Shown: positions 37,521-51,634, counted from the whole stretch's first letter. The stretch: 63,514 nt of DNA, filler included, from Octopus bimaculoides (GCF_001194135.2; 14 parts of 12 records of this genome joined end to end with filler, not necessarily neighbours in it); one strand, 5' to 3'. Translations and numbers: made by a program. Notes: generated by a model from the sequence alone, not told the origin.

Positions 37521-37594
<74 letters not shown>

Positions 37595-37599
37595 TATTG

Positions 37600-37641
<42 letters not shown>

Positions 37642-38031
37642 NNNNNNNNNNNNNNNNNNNNNNNNNNNNNNNNNNNNNNNNNNNNNNNNNNNNNNNNNNN
37701 NNNNNNNNNNNNNNNNNNNNNNNNNNNNNNNNNNNNNNNNNNNNNNNNNNNNNNNNNNNNNNNNNNNNNNNNNNNNNNNNNNNNNNNNNNNNNNNNNNNN
37801 NNNNNNNNNNNNNNNNNNNNNNNNNNNNNNNNNNNNNNNNNNNNNNNNNNNNNNNNNNNNNNNNNNNNNNNNNNNNNNNNNNNNNNNNNNNNNNNNNNNN
37901 NNNNNNNNNNNNNNNNNNNNNNNNNNNNNNNNNNNNNNNNNNNNNNNNNNNNNNNNNNNNNNNNNNNNNNNNNNNNNNNNNNNNNNNNNNNNNNNNNNNN
38001 NNNNNNNCTATCATTATTGTTATTATTATTG

Positions 38032-38077
<46 letters not shown>

Positions 38078-38124
38078 TATTATCATCATCATCATCATCA
38101 TCATTATTATCATCATCATCATCA

Positions 38125-38200
<76 letters not shown>

Positions 38201-38354
38201 CATTATTATTATTATTATTTTTATTATTATCATCATTATTATTATTACTATTATTATCATTATTTATGCCCTCAACAAAACAAGCAGACAATATCGAAAT
38301 CGCCATTTTCCTTTTTCCTCTATTTGTTGTTGTTTATTACTTTGACTCCATGCC

Positions 38355-38390
<36 letters not shown>

Positions 38391-38743
38391 CAGCTAAGAA
38401 TAACAACCACAAAAACATCGCACAGATATTCCAAAACCGTCTTTGTACTTCGGGCTCAAGCTTTATACACCCGAAACCCCACCGTTCACTGTTTCGATGC
38501 CACAAAAGAAATAATTGCCTAATTTTGTTTACCATTATTCATGAAAGGAAGAATAGTTTCGTTTATCATATATATATATTTTTTTGTTTTTATTTTTGTG
38601 TTCTTTTTTTTATTTTTATTTTTCCATTTTAGTCCGTGTGTCTGGTCTTGCTTCTGTTGCTGCACATTTCTTTTCTTTTCATTTTTTTTATGAGAGTTGA
38701 TTTATGTTCTTTTTTGTATATTATTTTTGTTGTCCAGGCTGTA

Positions 38744-38787
<44 letters not shown>

Positions 38788-38878
38788 NNNNNNNNNNATT
38801 ATTATGATTATTATTATTGTTGTTATTATTATTATTATTATTATTATCATCATCGTCATCCTCTTCATCATCATTATC

Positions 38879-38911
<33 letters not shown>

Positions 38912-40234
38912 AAATTATTATCATTATCATTATTATTATTATTATCATTATTACTATTATCAATATTATTATCATAATTTAGTTTTACCATTATTGATGT
39001 TATTGTTTATAACTGTTGCTTCTTCTTCTTCTTCTTCTTCTTCTTCTTCTTCTTCTTCTTCTTCTTCTTCTTCTTCTTCTTCTTCTTCTTCTTCTTCTTC
39101 TTCTTCTTCTTCTTCTTCTTCTTCTTCTTCNNNNNNNNNNNNNNNNNNNNNNNNNNNNNNNNNNNNNNNNNNNNNNNNNNNNNNNNNNNNNNNNNNNNNN
39201 NNNNNNNNNNNNNNNNNNNNNNNNNNNNNNNNNNNNNNNNNNNNNNNNNNNNNNNNNNNNNNNNNNNNNNNNNNNNNNNNNNNNNNNNNNNNNNNNNNNN
39301 NNNNNNNNNNNNNNNNNNNNNNNNNNNNNNNNNNNNNNNNNNNNNNNNNNNNNNNNNNNNNNNNNNNNNNNNNNNNNNNNNNNNNNNNNNNNNNNNNNNN
39401 NNNNNNNNNNNNNNNNNNNNNNNNNNNNNNNNNNNNNNNNNNNNNNNNNNNNNNNNNNNNNNNNNNNNNNNNNNNNNNNNNNNNNNNNNNNNNNNNNNNN
39501 NNNNNNNNNNNNNNNNNNNNNNNNNNNNNNNNNNNNNNNNNNNNNNNNNNNNNNNNNNNNNNNNNNNNNNNNNNNNNNNNNNNNNNNNNNNNNNNNNNNN
39601 NNNNNNNNNNNNNNNNNNNNNNNNNNNNNNNNNNNNNNNNNNNNNNNNNNNNNNNNNNNNNNNNNNNNNNNNNNNNNNNNNNNNNNNNNNNNNNNNNNNN
39701 NNNNNNNNNNNNNNNNNNNNNNNNNNNNNNNNNNNNNNNNNNNNNNNNNNNNNNNNNNNNNNNNNNNNNNNNNNNNNNNNNNNNNNNNNNNNNNNNNNNN
39801 NNNNNNNNNNNNNNNNNNNNNNNNNNNNNNNNNNNNNNNNNNNNNNNNNNNNNNNNNNNNNNNNNNNNNNNNNNNNNNNNNNNNNNNNNNNNNNNNNNNN
39901 NNNNNNNNNNNNNNNNNNNNNNNNNNNNNNNNNNNNNNNNNNNNNNNNNNNNNNNNNNNNNNNNNNNNNNNNNNNNNNNNNNNNNNNNNNNNNNNNNNNN
40001 NNNNNNNNNNNNNNNNNNNNNNNNNNNNNNNNNNNNNNNNNNNNNNNNNNNNNNNNNNNNNNNNNNNNNNNNNNNNNNNNNNNNNNNNNNNNNNNNTATA
40101 TTTATTATATTTATCTTATGATATTTACTTTACTTTATATTATACTCATTTATTGTGCTTTTAATTATTAATTTTTCTATATGTGATAGTGGATTTTCAT
40201 CGATGAGTTCTTGAAAATTGGTTATTTTCCCTAA

Positions 40235-40272
<38 letters not shown>

Positions 40273-40286
40273 GAGTGTGTAAGTGT

Positions 40287-40325
<39 letters not shown>

Positions 40326-40937
40326 CCTTTTAAGAAACAATGTCGAGCCTAAAAAATCACAACCTCACCCTCCTTTCAGCACGCACATTTTCATATAAAA
40401 CCCATCATCCCGTCCGTTCCCCAGAACTTTCGCAACACAGACAAGAATTTTCATGAATCAACCACAAGAATTCTATGTTGTCATAGACAGATATATCTAC
40501 CTATCTGTTTGACATTGTACATTAAATACCCATTTGTTAATCAGATCCCCATCGCTTCGTTCAGACATCCTACGCACATTTATACAATCGCATTCATACA
40601 CATGCACGTAAGTACATATACATACAGACGACATCTATATACATATTTTGCGTATTCGTTTCCATGAATCTACTTCTCCGCTTCGCTTCCATTTGGGATC
40701 CCTGTGAAACTATGAAGTGGATTTAATTGGGTAAACGCCTACACCCACGTAACTATAAGCGATACATTTACACATGCGCACACACAGATACATGCATACC
40801 TGAACCCGCGAGTGAAGAGGGACATGTATACACACAAGCACATAAATAAACGAGTCATATACGCTCAACAGATTCTTTTCATAGTTTAATGTATATAGAC
40901 TTACTTAAAACATAATACACGCATCCATTCATAAGTA

Positions 40938-41329
40938 TTCTTGTTGTTGTCGGCACTCCGTCGCTTACGACGTCGAGGGTTCCAGTTGATCCGTTCAACG
41001 GAACAGCCTGCTCGTGAAATTAACGTGCAAGTGGCTGAGCACTCCACAGACACGTGTACCCTTAATGTAGTTCTCGGAGATATTCAGCGTAACACAGTGT
41101 GACAAGGCTGACCCTTTGAATTACAGGTACAACAGAAACAGGAAGTAAGAGCGAGAGAAAGTTGTGGTGAAAGAGTACAGCAGGGTTCGCCACCATCCCC
41201 TGCCGGAGCCTTGTGGAACTTTAGGTGTTTTCGCTCAATAAACACTCATAACGCCCGGTCTGGGAATCGAAACCGCGCTCTTATGACCGCGAGTCAGTTG
41301 CCCTAACCACTGGGCCATTGCGCCTCCAC
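40938..41329 (-). mobile_element. tRNA-derived SINE family C, full length (~390 bp)
   Basis: Head GGAGGCGCAATGGCCCAGTGGTTAGGGC (A box)..GGTTTCGATTCCC (B box); tail (CAA)n. A truncated + copy lies at 51232-51385. Resembles described octopus tRNA-SINEs (recall). Confidence 0.85.
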
Positions 41330-42058
41330 TATGCATATATACACGTACACATATACACAATGTAAATAATGTAAACAATGTAAATAATGTGCAACGACTT
41401 TGTCCCTCAATGTACGTTTCTTGTTACTTTTGGGTACCCCTCGTATATATGTATGAAATGTTAGCAACGAATTGAAATCCGTTGAACGGCTCTAAGTAAC
41501 AAGTGGTTTAGTAAAACCGGGTGTCGGATAAGAAAATATTTTTTTTACCTAAGATATTTAAAATCAGAAAGCTTGGTTTATTAGCTCAAAGAAGTGGTAA
41601 AGGCAATAGCCAAGATGCTACGCAATGGAACGAACGAACCACTTCACCCGAAGCCATAGGATTTGGAAGCAGACGTCCTCCCCACACACGACGCTGCTTG
41701 TATTCAATATGAATTGGCTGTCCAACATCTTGTCCAATTCACGTTACATTGGTTTTATGATGGTTCTATAAACCAATTTATTTACGAATCGGTAAAGCGT
41801 TTATTCGTACATACGGTGCGATACGGTACGAGATTTCCAGCGAGACATTTACTGAACGACATTAAGAAACTACTCGAGACAGACTCCAGTGAAGCTGTTA
41901 AAATCATAAAAACACATGACTCCGTGTTTATACAACAAATTCAATATTGAATGTTTGCTATATATACACACGTACATAAATGTGTATGTATGTAAATCTA
42001 TATATGCGTATGTATGTATGTATGTATGTATGTATGTATGCATGTAAATCTCTCTCTC

Positions 42059-42132
<74 letters not shown>

Positions 42133-45039
42133 NNNNNNNNNNNNNNNNNNNNNNNNNNNNNNNNNNNNNNNNNNNNTTAATTAATTAANNNNNNNNNNNN
42201 NNNNNNNNNNNNNNNNNNNNNNNNNNNNNNNNTTTCTCTTTACATAATTTGTCTTTGCCAGGAGTTGTAAGAAAACAAATTATATAACACTTGTGCAAGT
42301 ATTTAATTTTATCATGATAATAAAAATTAAATCTTGCAATTATCATTACTTTTTTTTTTTTTTCCCCTCCTCTACTATATTCACGACTCATTTAAAAATC
42401 TGACCAGCTTCACCATTGTCGGAAAGTATGCAGACTGGGATGGTAGCTAATTGATTCTAGTAGCCCTCAACCATGACTGACTCGTTTTGTTTTTTCTCTC
42501 TCCTTCGTTCCCCCCCCTCTTTTTTTTTTCTTTTTCTTTTTGTTCCCACTTAAGTAAAATACGGTCATTGCACATGTTTAGTCCCATCTCCCGGTTTTAC
42601 CAATGCTCATTTAGGAACATCTCTTCTCTGAACTGTCTTCCTCTTTTGAGCTGTAAATATTTTCTCCTCTCTAAACCTCAGCAAAAGGAAAGCAAAAACA
42701 CACAAAAAAAACTGCTACTTTGCTCTGTAAATGTGTCTGTTATACAGAATTTCCACTGTTATAATAATAATATTGTATGAATTAAAGATAACAAAGGCAT
42801 TTAGCTATAATCTGTTAGTTTGAAGGTGTGTATGAATGATGTTTAAAGTTAGCTACTGTTGGTGTTTCTGGTTTTCTCTTCTACCATTGTAACCTGTCAT
42901 ATTTTCTTTGACTACATTTTTGTAAATATAAACTTTTCTGTGTTATTTGACCTGTTATTTTCATTTTTTTGTTTTGTGTTTGTTTGCCAAATGCGAGACA
43001 GCTATTGTCAAATTGTTCATGAATTTTTTTTTTTTTTTTTTTTTGTAATTTAACTTTATTTTAGAACAAAATTGGTTACAGAACATTGTTAAACTGTTTT
43101 AAAGTCAATGATGTATTATAAGCACCGAACTGAGTTGGAAGAAGGGATAAAAAAAAGCAGGGCTAATGATAGGGACTGGAAATCTAGCCATCTCATCTAT
43201 AGCTTGTCTGGTGGTTAAGGTAATTGTTACAATATAGAGAGCACCTGCAAGGTTTTCTTCAAATTAGATACAGGTTTCGTTTGTGCTCCTTTTTAATGTC
43301 TCAGTCTTCTAAGGCAATTTGTCAGTCACTTTAACACTGGCAGAATAAGTTTATTCAAGTAATAATCCAGTATAGCTAGCTATCGTCCTAACTCTACCTC
43401 TTTTAATATTTGGTTCAAGAAATAAAAACCCACCACGACCACCAGGAATTAAATTATGCATTAATTGGTGCTTATATCTATCATGTACATTAAAATTGCT
43501 AAGCAGTTAATTCATGCTCTACTGAATTATGAAAGGAGAGCCAGGACTACCCAAGGTTCTGTAATGTTCTAGACTAAAGATGTTGATTGTATGTTAAAAT
43601 TGCTAAGACCACACCACTTCAGAGCAGCAATCTACTGTAAGGTCAGTTAAGGATTTACCCATTGAATGCAATAGTACCTAGTGTCTTGTAAATACTTGTT
43701 TACACAATTTGTGGTTTTTATATGAAGACTTGAATAAAAAGAAGAAAGAAAAAATATTTGTCACAATCTCTGAAGTTGCAGATGTGTTGTGATGTTCATA
43801 CCTTTTTTCTGAATGCAGTTAAAACCGTTTTGTGTTGTTAGTCTTGTATTGAGCTTATAGAAGGATTAGCCAAAGAATTCCTAGCTCCAATTTTTTTTTT
43901 TTTTTTTTTTTTTTTCCCCTTGTTTTGTGTGTTTGATAACTGAGACGAGACTATTTATTTCTGTGTTACTAGATTGCAAATTTTAGTGTTCCCATTAGAA
44001 TTTATGAAAATGTAAGGCAATCTTTATATCCAATTTAACACTGATGTTGTGTTAGAACACCATATGGTGCATAAAAGTACTCCTCTTTCTATTGTTGGCA
44101 AACTAGAATCTGCTACAGGCACCATCCATGTATGAGAGATCCTCCTCTCGAGGTAAATAACACAGTATTGTGTTCTAACACTACATCTACTGTTAAGTCA
44201 GACATAAAGACTGCCTTTTGAATTAATGCTACTTCTGTCACTATTAACCCTCCTGGGATACCCAAGACAATTGATTGACCCCAGTGATACAAACTGAAAG
44301 GACTCTGAGGCTGATCCATTGGCCCAATGGAAAAAATGTGAATGGTTGGTTTTGAAGTGTAATAGCTAATCAGATGGTCTTTCAGTAGTTGTAACTCCTC
44401 ATAATCATTTAGCATCCTTCCATGATGTCATGGCTTGGACGACAATTTGACGGGAGGTGGCCAGGCAGGAGCCTGTACCATGCTTCTATGTCTCTTGGCA
44501 TGGTTTGTCTTCATGTAAAAAAAAAAAAAAATTCGGTATTTTTGACTACACATAACAAAACAGTCTCTCGAGGGTTAAAACAAATTTTGTACAGAATTCC
44601 TAACCCCTTAATTATACATTTGGAAGGAAACAATTTGGCACAGCCATTATGTACGTAGACGACTTGACTCAACATTTGGCCTGGTTTCAGCACTGGCAGC
44701 AAATATACACTCACAGACAGGCGTGACAATTTATTAATTGAACACATTTAACAAACATTTTCCCCTCTACTCATACACAGAAAGAGAAATTGCTCACACA
44801 GAGAGGGGTGGAGAATGAGTAACATTAAAATGTCAAAGTCAGCAGTGACAAAACATACCCATTGCGTATAACCATGTGCAGTTTATATATACACACACAC
44901 ACACACACACATAATATACATACATGGGCTTCTACCAAATTCGTTCATTAGGCTTTGTTCAGCTTGGGGCTATAGTAGAAAATATTTTCCCAAGATGCTA
45001 CACCTGCAATAAGTCTTGTATGTGTATAATTTCTTTTAG

Positions 45040-45096
<57 letters not shown>

Positions 45097-46847
45097 CTTT
45101 ACGACTCTATGCCCCCTTCCGTTCATTCATGCAAACAAATTATGTTACTGGTCAGGGGCAATTTTGCCTGTGGTCATTTTTTTTCAGGGGCAGTGGAGTT
45201 AAATTATCAGTCAAAGGCAGTAGGACTATAATTACATTAAACCAGATTACTTGTGTTCGTTCCAGCTCTTCATATTCTGAGTTCAAATCCCATGATGGGA
45301 CCTACTTGGCTGATTCCACTTAACCTGTTACCTAAATTTAACACCACCATTTGGAACCCCTGGTTTCTTTAGTATGGTACCCTCTATTGCAAGCATCTGT
45401 TGGGTCTCTGGTTTGAGGATTTCTTCCTTCCAGATTTGGAGACCCTTATTAAGGGTTGTTTGGTAATGCCTTCCCTTGAAACTTGCAGTGTGTTCCATCA
45501 GTTGTATGGCTACGAATGACTTAGCTCCTTCAGAATTTAAACAGGCCATATCTGGCCTTTTACACTTACCCTACAATATTTTAAAAGTAAACAAATCTTG
45601 AAGTTATGAGGTAATGCAGAATTAATTCAAGGCAATGTGAAGAAGTAAGCATTACATTTGACAATCTGAATGCTAAAAGGGTTTTAAACATGTTGCTTTA
45701 GGGAGAGTGGAAACTGAGCTTTCAAAGGAGCATGTATATGGTCTGTCGACCTGCTAGATATGGCAGCCAAATCTTGTTACGTCTCCCATTTTTTTTAAGA
45801 AAGGGAAAAAGCCATGTTGGGTAATGTACTGATATACAAAAATACTGGGTGGAAATGGATATCTCACTGTAAAAAATTTTAAATCCCCATGGACACAGGG
45901 ATTTATTTGGAGGTAAGATATCTTTTTTAAACGTCTTAAATGGATGTTAAAACAACATGCAAAAACGAAAATCGCGACTTGAATGTCTTGGTTAATGCCT
46001 GCAATATTCTGAGCTGACCTGTGGAAAACGACAGTAGAATGGAGTTTAAATGGATCTTTTCTGAAAGTACTAATAGAAGCAAGTTCTTTGGTAAGTTGAA
46101 TGACTGCGTATGTTATATTATACAGGATGGGCCTAGAAGTGATAAAGTCTGCTTACATAATGCATTTTGTGGGCAAAACCTAGTGCTGTCAGCTGTTGCA
46201 CAAGCTGTATTTTTACGCTCTGTGACTTTGGGGCCATCTCCTACTACAAACAAATGAGCGAGTAGCCTCTATGTGGACAATGAATCTGCTAGAAGTAGTG
46301 GGGGGGATGTATATCCAGAACAATTAAAGTCTTGGGGTACATTTATATCTTAAACAAGGGTGTTAATGGTTTAAAACTTAAGGACCTATTGTAGGCTCAC
46401 TCTGCAATCTGTGGTCAGCTGCAAAATCATGTACCTGCAATGTTTTTGTTTCTGCAGTTCTAAATGACTTGGTGAATTGAATAACGAGTGTGTTGTATTG
46501 TGTATAATGCAGTTTTTATTCTTTGGTTGAACAGAGTAATGACCTTAAGTTAGGCATGAATGTCATCTCTTATTTCTCCTCTGCTTTCTTTATGGTGTTA
46601 AATATAGTCTTTCTATTTAATCAAAATAATCAATGTCATATTGACTTATAGATTATTTTCCTCCTTTCCTTGGGCCTTCAGCTCCTGAATGGGATTTGTG
46701 GGGCATGGTTATAAACATACAGTGTTTGTCTTAAGGACTTTTAACTTGGTGGAGCCCATTCCTCTCCAGCTCTGATGACTATAGTCAATATCTTCCAGGA
46801 AGAAAGAAGCAATTCCACAATGCGACTGGTGTTGTTTAAATCTATTG

Positions 46848-47020
46848 GAAGGCAGCGAGCTGGCAGAAACATTAGCACGCCGGGCAAAATGCTTAGCGGT
46901 ATTTCGTCCGTCTTCAAATTTTGCCGAGGTTGACTTTGCCTTTCATCCTTTCAGGGTCGATCTAATCGATGCCCCCTCCCCAAAAATTTTGGGGCCTTGT
47001 GCCTAGAGTAGAAAAGATTA
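46848..47020 (+). mobile_element. SINE family A copy
   Basis: GAAGGCAGCGAGCTGGCAGAAACATTAGCACGCCGGGCAAAATGCTTAGCGG...GGCCTTGTGCCTAGAGTAGAAAAGATTATT. Reverse copies at about 27830-27990 and 60130-60343. Confidence 0.85.
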
Positions 47021-48620
47021 TTTATCTATTGGACTTCAAAGAATAAAAATGCAGAGTCGACTTTGAGGCTTCAGCTACCGAGTACAGATAGCTGCAATGA
47101 AAACCAGTGGAGCATTATGTCTGATGTTCTGACTTTGCCAGTATTTTACATGCAGTGGTAGAGAAGCTTGTGTTTGTGAGGAAGTGGTGAAACACAAGAC
47201 AAGATTAATAGTACATTTCATTTGATCAGGAAGGGGAATTAATTTTGGGGGGAAATTTATAAAGTTGATAACAGCATATTTGGAATTCACCGACAGTCAG
47301 TTGCTTGATTTTGTGTCAGTGAGAGAAGTAAAGTTTAGTAGTAGTCAATTTTTCACTGGAGCTGAAACCAACAAGATGCAAAACTCATCTTGCAACAACA
47401 GATTATCTTCCACTCTGTGGTACACCTTGTTTTGGATCTTTCAGAAACACACTAGTAATGCTGTATCTACAAACGAAATGTCTTAGTTATGAACTCAACA
47501 CTGGTGATATGATACCATCAACATCAGCTAGATGGCTGCTACTGTCATTTTGGTTAATCTCATCCAGTAGTAAACCATACTCCAATCTGTAGCACATTAC
47601 TGCAGTTAAGTTTGTTCTGGGCTGTTCATTGAGAACGCACATGTTATGCTATATCTTAACTACACACTCAACATATCACTTGTGACATGATACATAACAC
47701 TGACACTCCTCTCCACCAGTTGCGTGGTACATTATTGTCGTAGTTAATCCTACTCTTACCTTTTCAACATTCAGATTACTTTGACAAAAGTGGTGTCTAT
47801 TGAGCACATTTTTAATATTTAATCACATCTTATCCTGTAGCTTCGAAGTTTCGAGTGATGTGATTGTCTATGTTTAGATTAACATTGTAGGGTAGGTGTG
47901 AAAGGCTGGATTTGGATAGCTTCAACATAAAACAGACTATTTTGGCTGGATATAGCTGGGTTAAATGCTAAAGGCTTAAACTTTTTTCTATGGTACCTTG
48001 TATTGGATTATTGATCAGCAACACTGCTGTTAAGCCAAGTGTCTTTACTATAACTGGTAACTTAATACCATTAACTCATTACATAGCCTGTTAGTTGATA
48101 CTCTATATCATTTCAATCTTTGTGGAGACTAACTTGATATCATTTTGTTGCATGTGGCCCAGGTATATAAAGTGCTGCCTAACTTGGTTCATATTACTGT
48201 GCAGTGCTATGTTACTTCGTGACAAAAAAAGGAAAGAGGCCCTGACTACTTTATAAATAAGTATGAACTCCGTATCAATAGCAGCAACAGTGAATGTATT
48301 GCATGCATGCATTATTGAGTTAGCACCTAATCTTTCTAGGGCTAGTGGAGATTATAAATCTGTGCAATTAATCTCCGCATTTCAGACCTGACAAGGAAGG
48401 AAAAGAATGTTTTCATGAGGTGCTCTTGCAGATTAATGTGATTACAACTCAGTGATCTTTTGTCTGTGTGCAGTGACCTGTTCCATCGAAAAGGCAGGTA
48501 ATGTGCCTGGCTCATGAAGNNNNNNNNNNNNNNNNNNNNNNNNNNNNNNNNNNNNNNNNNNNNTTAATTAATTAANNNNNNNNNNNNNNNNNNNNNNNNN
48601 NNNNNNNNNNNNNNNNNNNA

Positions 48621-48932
48621 CCAGCAATCATTAAGAAGTCATTGGGTACTCGCTGCTTTAACGTGAAGGTCATACCTCATGGCCCGATGTGGAGACGACA
48701 CTGGGAACAGCTGCGACCGCGGTACACAACTGAGGAAGACAATGAACCTGGTGATGCAGAAAACACTGTATTTCAATTTATAACAGATCACCCGATGGAG
48801 ATCTCGGAAACTGTGCCACTAACTCAAAGACAAACCAGACCCAAGACCATGTTACCTGTTCCAGAGTATGGACCAGACAACCCAAGATGATCTAAGAGAA
48901 CCCGTAAAACCCAAGAGAGACTTTGCTGTTGA
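48621..48932 (+). pseudogene. Gypsy-type LTR retrotransposon pol C-terminus (post-integrase)
   Basis: PAIIKKSLGTRCFNVKVIPHGPMWRRHWEQLRPRY...DNPR*SKRTRKTQERLCC*; RRH..QLR and RRS.R..K motifs; internal TGA consistent with CGA decay. Confidence 0.75.
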
Positions 48933-48956
48933 TACTTCTTGTGTAGCATCAATTTC

Positions 48957-49231
48957 AGTGGGGAGGTGTTATATGGACTGTTGGATATGTTATTCGTCTG
49001 ACGTTCCGTGTGCCACTGTGGTTCGTCTGAGTTCATTGTTTCATTGTTGTTGTTCTGAATGACTGGGGTAGTAAAAGGTCATTGATAGATATGGCGGACA
49101 TGATTCTTGTTTATTAACACAACGAACATTGGGTGAGTGCGTTCTTTGTATGTAACTGAATAATAAATGTAATAATTAAATTGTACAACTCGTTGTATTT
49201 TCTCTGCGAGTCTCCCGAGTGGAATACAACA
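48957..49231 (+). mobile_element. Polypurine tract plus 3' LTR (265 bp)
   Basis: AGTGGGGAGG (48957-66) directly before TGTTAT (48967); ends TACAACA (49231); internal AATAAA near 49160. Confidence 0.75.
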
Positions 49232-49960
49232 ATTCCCTTATACATAATCTGCGTCTATTCGAACTAGTAGTATAAGTGGGGAGGAGCCTCCGTAATTATG
49301 AACCAGGATAAAGTATAATCAGTGTTGCTATCTCGTAGGTAGTGTATATATGAGGCGATAGTGGTTGAGTTTTTATACTTAACTTTACTAAAGAAATTTA
49401 AGTGGGCTCTATATCTCCTCTTAAAATCACCAGTGCGTCCTTTATAACCATAGTTTTTTGGTTATCTACTTTTACTGTACACTTATATACCACATTTGTC
49501 CCAAGACATGAACCGGCAAGAGGACATGATTTAGGGATTCGACAGAAAAAAGAAGGCTTTCCTATCCGCGTGGGACAAGAACCCATATCCCTTTGTTAAC
49601 GCGACTAAGTGTGCTACATTTACACCAACGAATTAGCCTCCCTCTTTCTGTCAAATTCAAGAACTATATTAGTTCGTATTTGTCTTATGTGAACAAACTT
49701 TCTATATATATTTTCGGTGCGAATGGTTTTGTTATACGGTGCCGTATTTTACAATCCTGTAAATAATGTGCAATGACTAAGGAAAATAGTTTAATAGCGG
49801 GGCATATAAGACCCCGATAGAAAAAAAGAAGGCTTTTCTATCCGCCTGGGACTCACTATGAATTTAAATGCCACTGGATTTACTTCAGGAATTCTTTCAA
49901 CTCCGTAGTGCTTATAAAATATGAGAGAAAAATGATGGAATTTACGAGATTCTTTATTGT

Positions 49961-50063
49961 TCACTACGATCGTTTCGACCCGTCATGCACCTGTGCCTCG
50001 CAGGTGAGATGCTGTACAAACAGTTGTGGTGCATCGTAGATTCAAATGTGACTCGTCAGGTGA
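49961..50063 (-). ncRNA. Type I hammerhead ribozyme with canonical core and enlarged domain II
   Basis: UCAC-CUGACGA-G...C-GAA-ACGAUCGU-A-GUGA: 4-bp helix I, G10.1-C11.1 pair, perfect palindromic helix III, GUA triplet, AAUAAA just downstream. Confidence 0.65.
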
Positions 50064-50411
50064 CTTGTTAAAAGGAACCTCGTTTTTTAATCTCCGTTTC
50101 GTTTATTTCGACTTGAATTTTGGTAGTTGTCGTTCGCTATACGTATACACGAGAAACTTGGATTATAATGAGGAACACTTCTCATATAAGTAATAAAGTG
50201 ACTTACAAAGAATCAAAAAATAAAGTAAATATAAAAATAAGCAAGTGAATAAATAATATACCTTACAGTGATAATGAGAAAGATTGAATAAAATCATAAA
50301 ACAACTATGGGTAGGACGAAACACAACACAAAACGCAATCGGACATTCAAAGTAACCTTAGGCGGCCGTCACATTTTCACGAAGCAAAAAGTTACACACA
50401 CACACACACAC

Positions 50412-50477
<66 letters not shown>

Positions 50478-50809
50478 GCATATCATCTGGGTGTGGGTAT
50501 ATTGGAGTGTCTGCGGCGGCATATGTGTGTGTGGGTGGATGGATGTACTTACNNNNNNNNNNNNNNNNNNNNNNNNNNNNNNNNNNNNNNNNNNNNTTAA
50601 TTAATTAANNNNNNNNNNNNNNNNNNNNNNNNNNNNNNNNNNNNNNNNNNNNATATATGTGTATATATATTTTTGTATATTTATATGTATGTATGTATGT
50701 GTAAATGTATGTATATATGTGTATATATATATTTGTAAATTTATATGTATATATGTATTTATATATGCACATATATGTGTATATGTGTGTGTGCATATAT
50801 ATATATGAA

Positions 50810-50863
<54 letters not shown>

Positions 50864-51464
50864 TGCATATGCATGCGTCTATATGTATGCATGCATATAT
50901 ATATATATGTTCAATGCTTTGTATGCTCTGACCGCATTTACTTTTTGTGCTTCTGTGCTCACGAAGATGAAACCCTTGGGGTTGGATATCTTAAAAACTG
51001 CATTACATTATAAGACGAAGGCTCTCGTGTGATATATGTTTCTCAAATGCTTGCTGATAAACCCGTGTAAAGATGAAACAGAATTTTGGTTCAGGAAATG
51101 CTTCTATTTTGTCCTCAGGGAAGTATTTAGTCTCGACTTAGCTGGAACGCAACCTCTTCATTTGTAACACAATATACGTAATGTATACTAATATATGTTC
51201 TAAGTATATTCGTTGCTTATATTTTGATGTAGTGGAGGCGCAGTGGCCCAGTGGTTAGGGCAGCGGACTCGCCGGCGTAGGATCGCGGTTTCGGTTCCTA
51301 GACCGGGCGTTGTGAGTGTTTATTGAGCGAAAGCACCTAAAGATCCACGAGGCTCCGGTAGATGACGGTGGTGGACCCTGCTGTTTCAAAAGTTCAACAA
51401 ATAACTTTTTGATATCTACATTATTTACATTTGACGGAAATTTGTCCTCATGTTGTTTGTTGTT

Positions 51465-51510
51465 AACACAACGTTTCGGCTGATATACCCTCCATCCTTC
51501 ATCATGTGTT
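51465..51510 (-). ncRNA. Minimal hammerhead motif (C3A core change, helix III intact)
   Basis: AACAC-AUGAUGA-A-GGAUG..CAGCC-GAAACGU-U-GUGUU. Confidence 0.5.
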
Positions 51511-51544
51511 CAATCTGGGTTCTCATTCCTAAGGTGACCTGAAA

Positions 51545-51584
<40 letters not shown>

Positions 51585-51634
51585 GCATCGGAAAATACCT
51601 TAGGACTTAGAACCCAGGTTTGAAATTTCCCCAA

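Noticed and set aside
37570-38070. Repeated CTATCATTATTGTTATTATTATTGTTG block on both sides of a gap
   Set aside because: Identical sequence flanking a gap; likely overlapping contig ends.
41250-41329. tRNA gene (also SINE heads at 51232, 46848, 28172)
   Set aside because: A and B boxes are present but there is no closing acceptor stem, and each continues into a SINE body.
41663-41950. 95-codon ORF (EADVLPTHDAAC...)
   Set aside because: No recognisable domain, start context or splice support.
46010-46090. Possible exon ending CTTTG|GTAAGT
   Set aside because: Weak acceptor and no recognisable peptide in any frame.
47400-47450. Minus-strand QGVPQSG resembling the RT GVPQG motif
   Set aside because: Surrounding frames are closed and no other RT motifs are visible.
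48386-48419. Possible 34-nt exon (PDKEGKECFHE)
   Set aside because: Good acceptor but weak donor (GTGCTC) and no homology.
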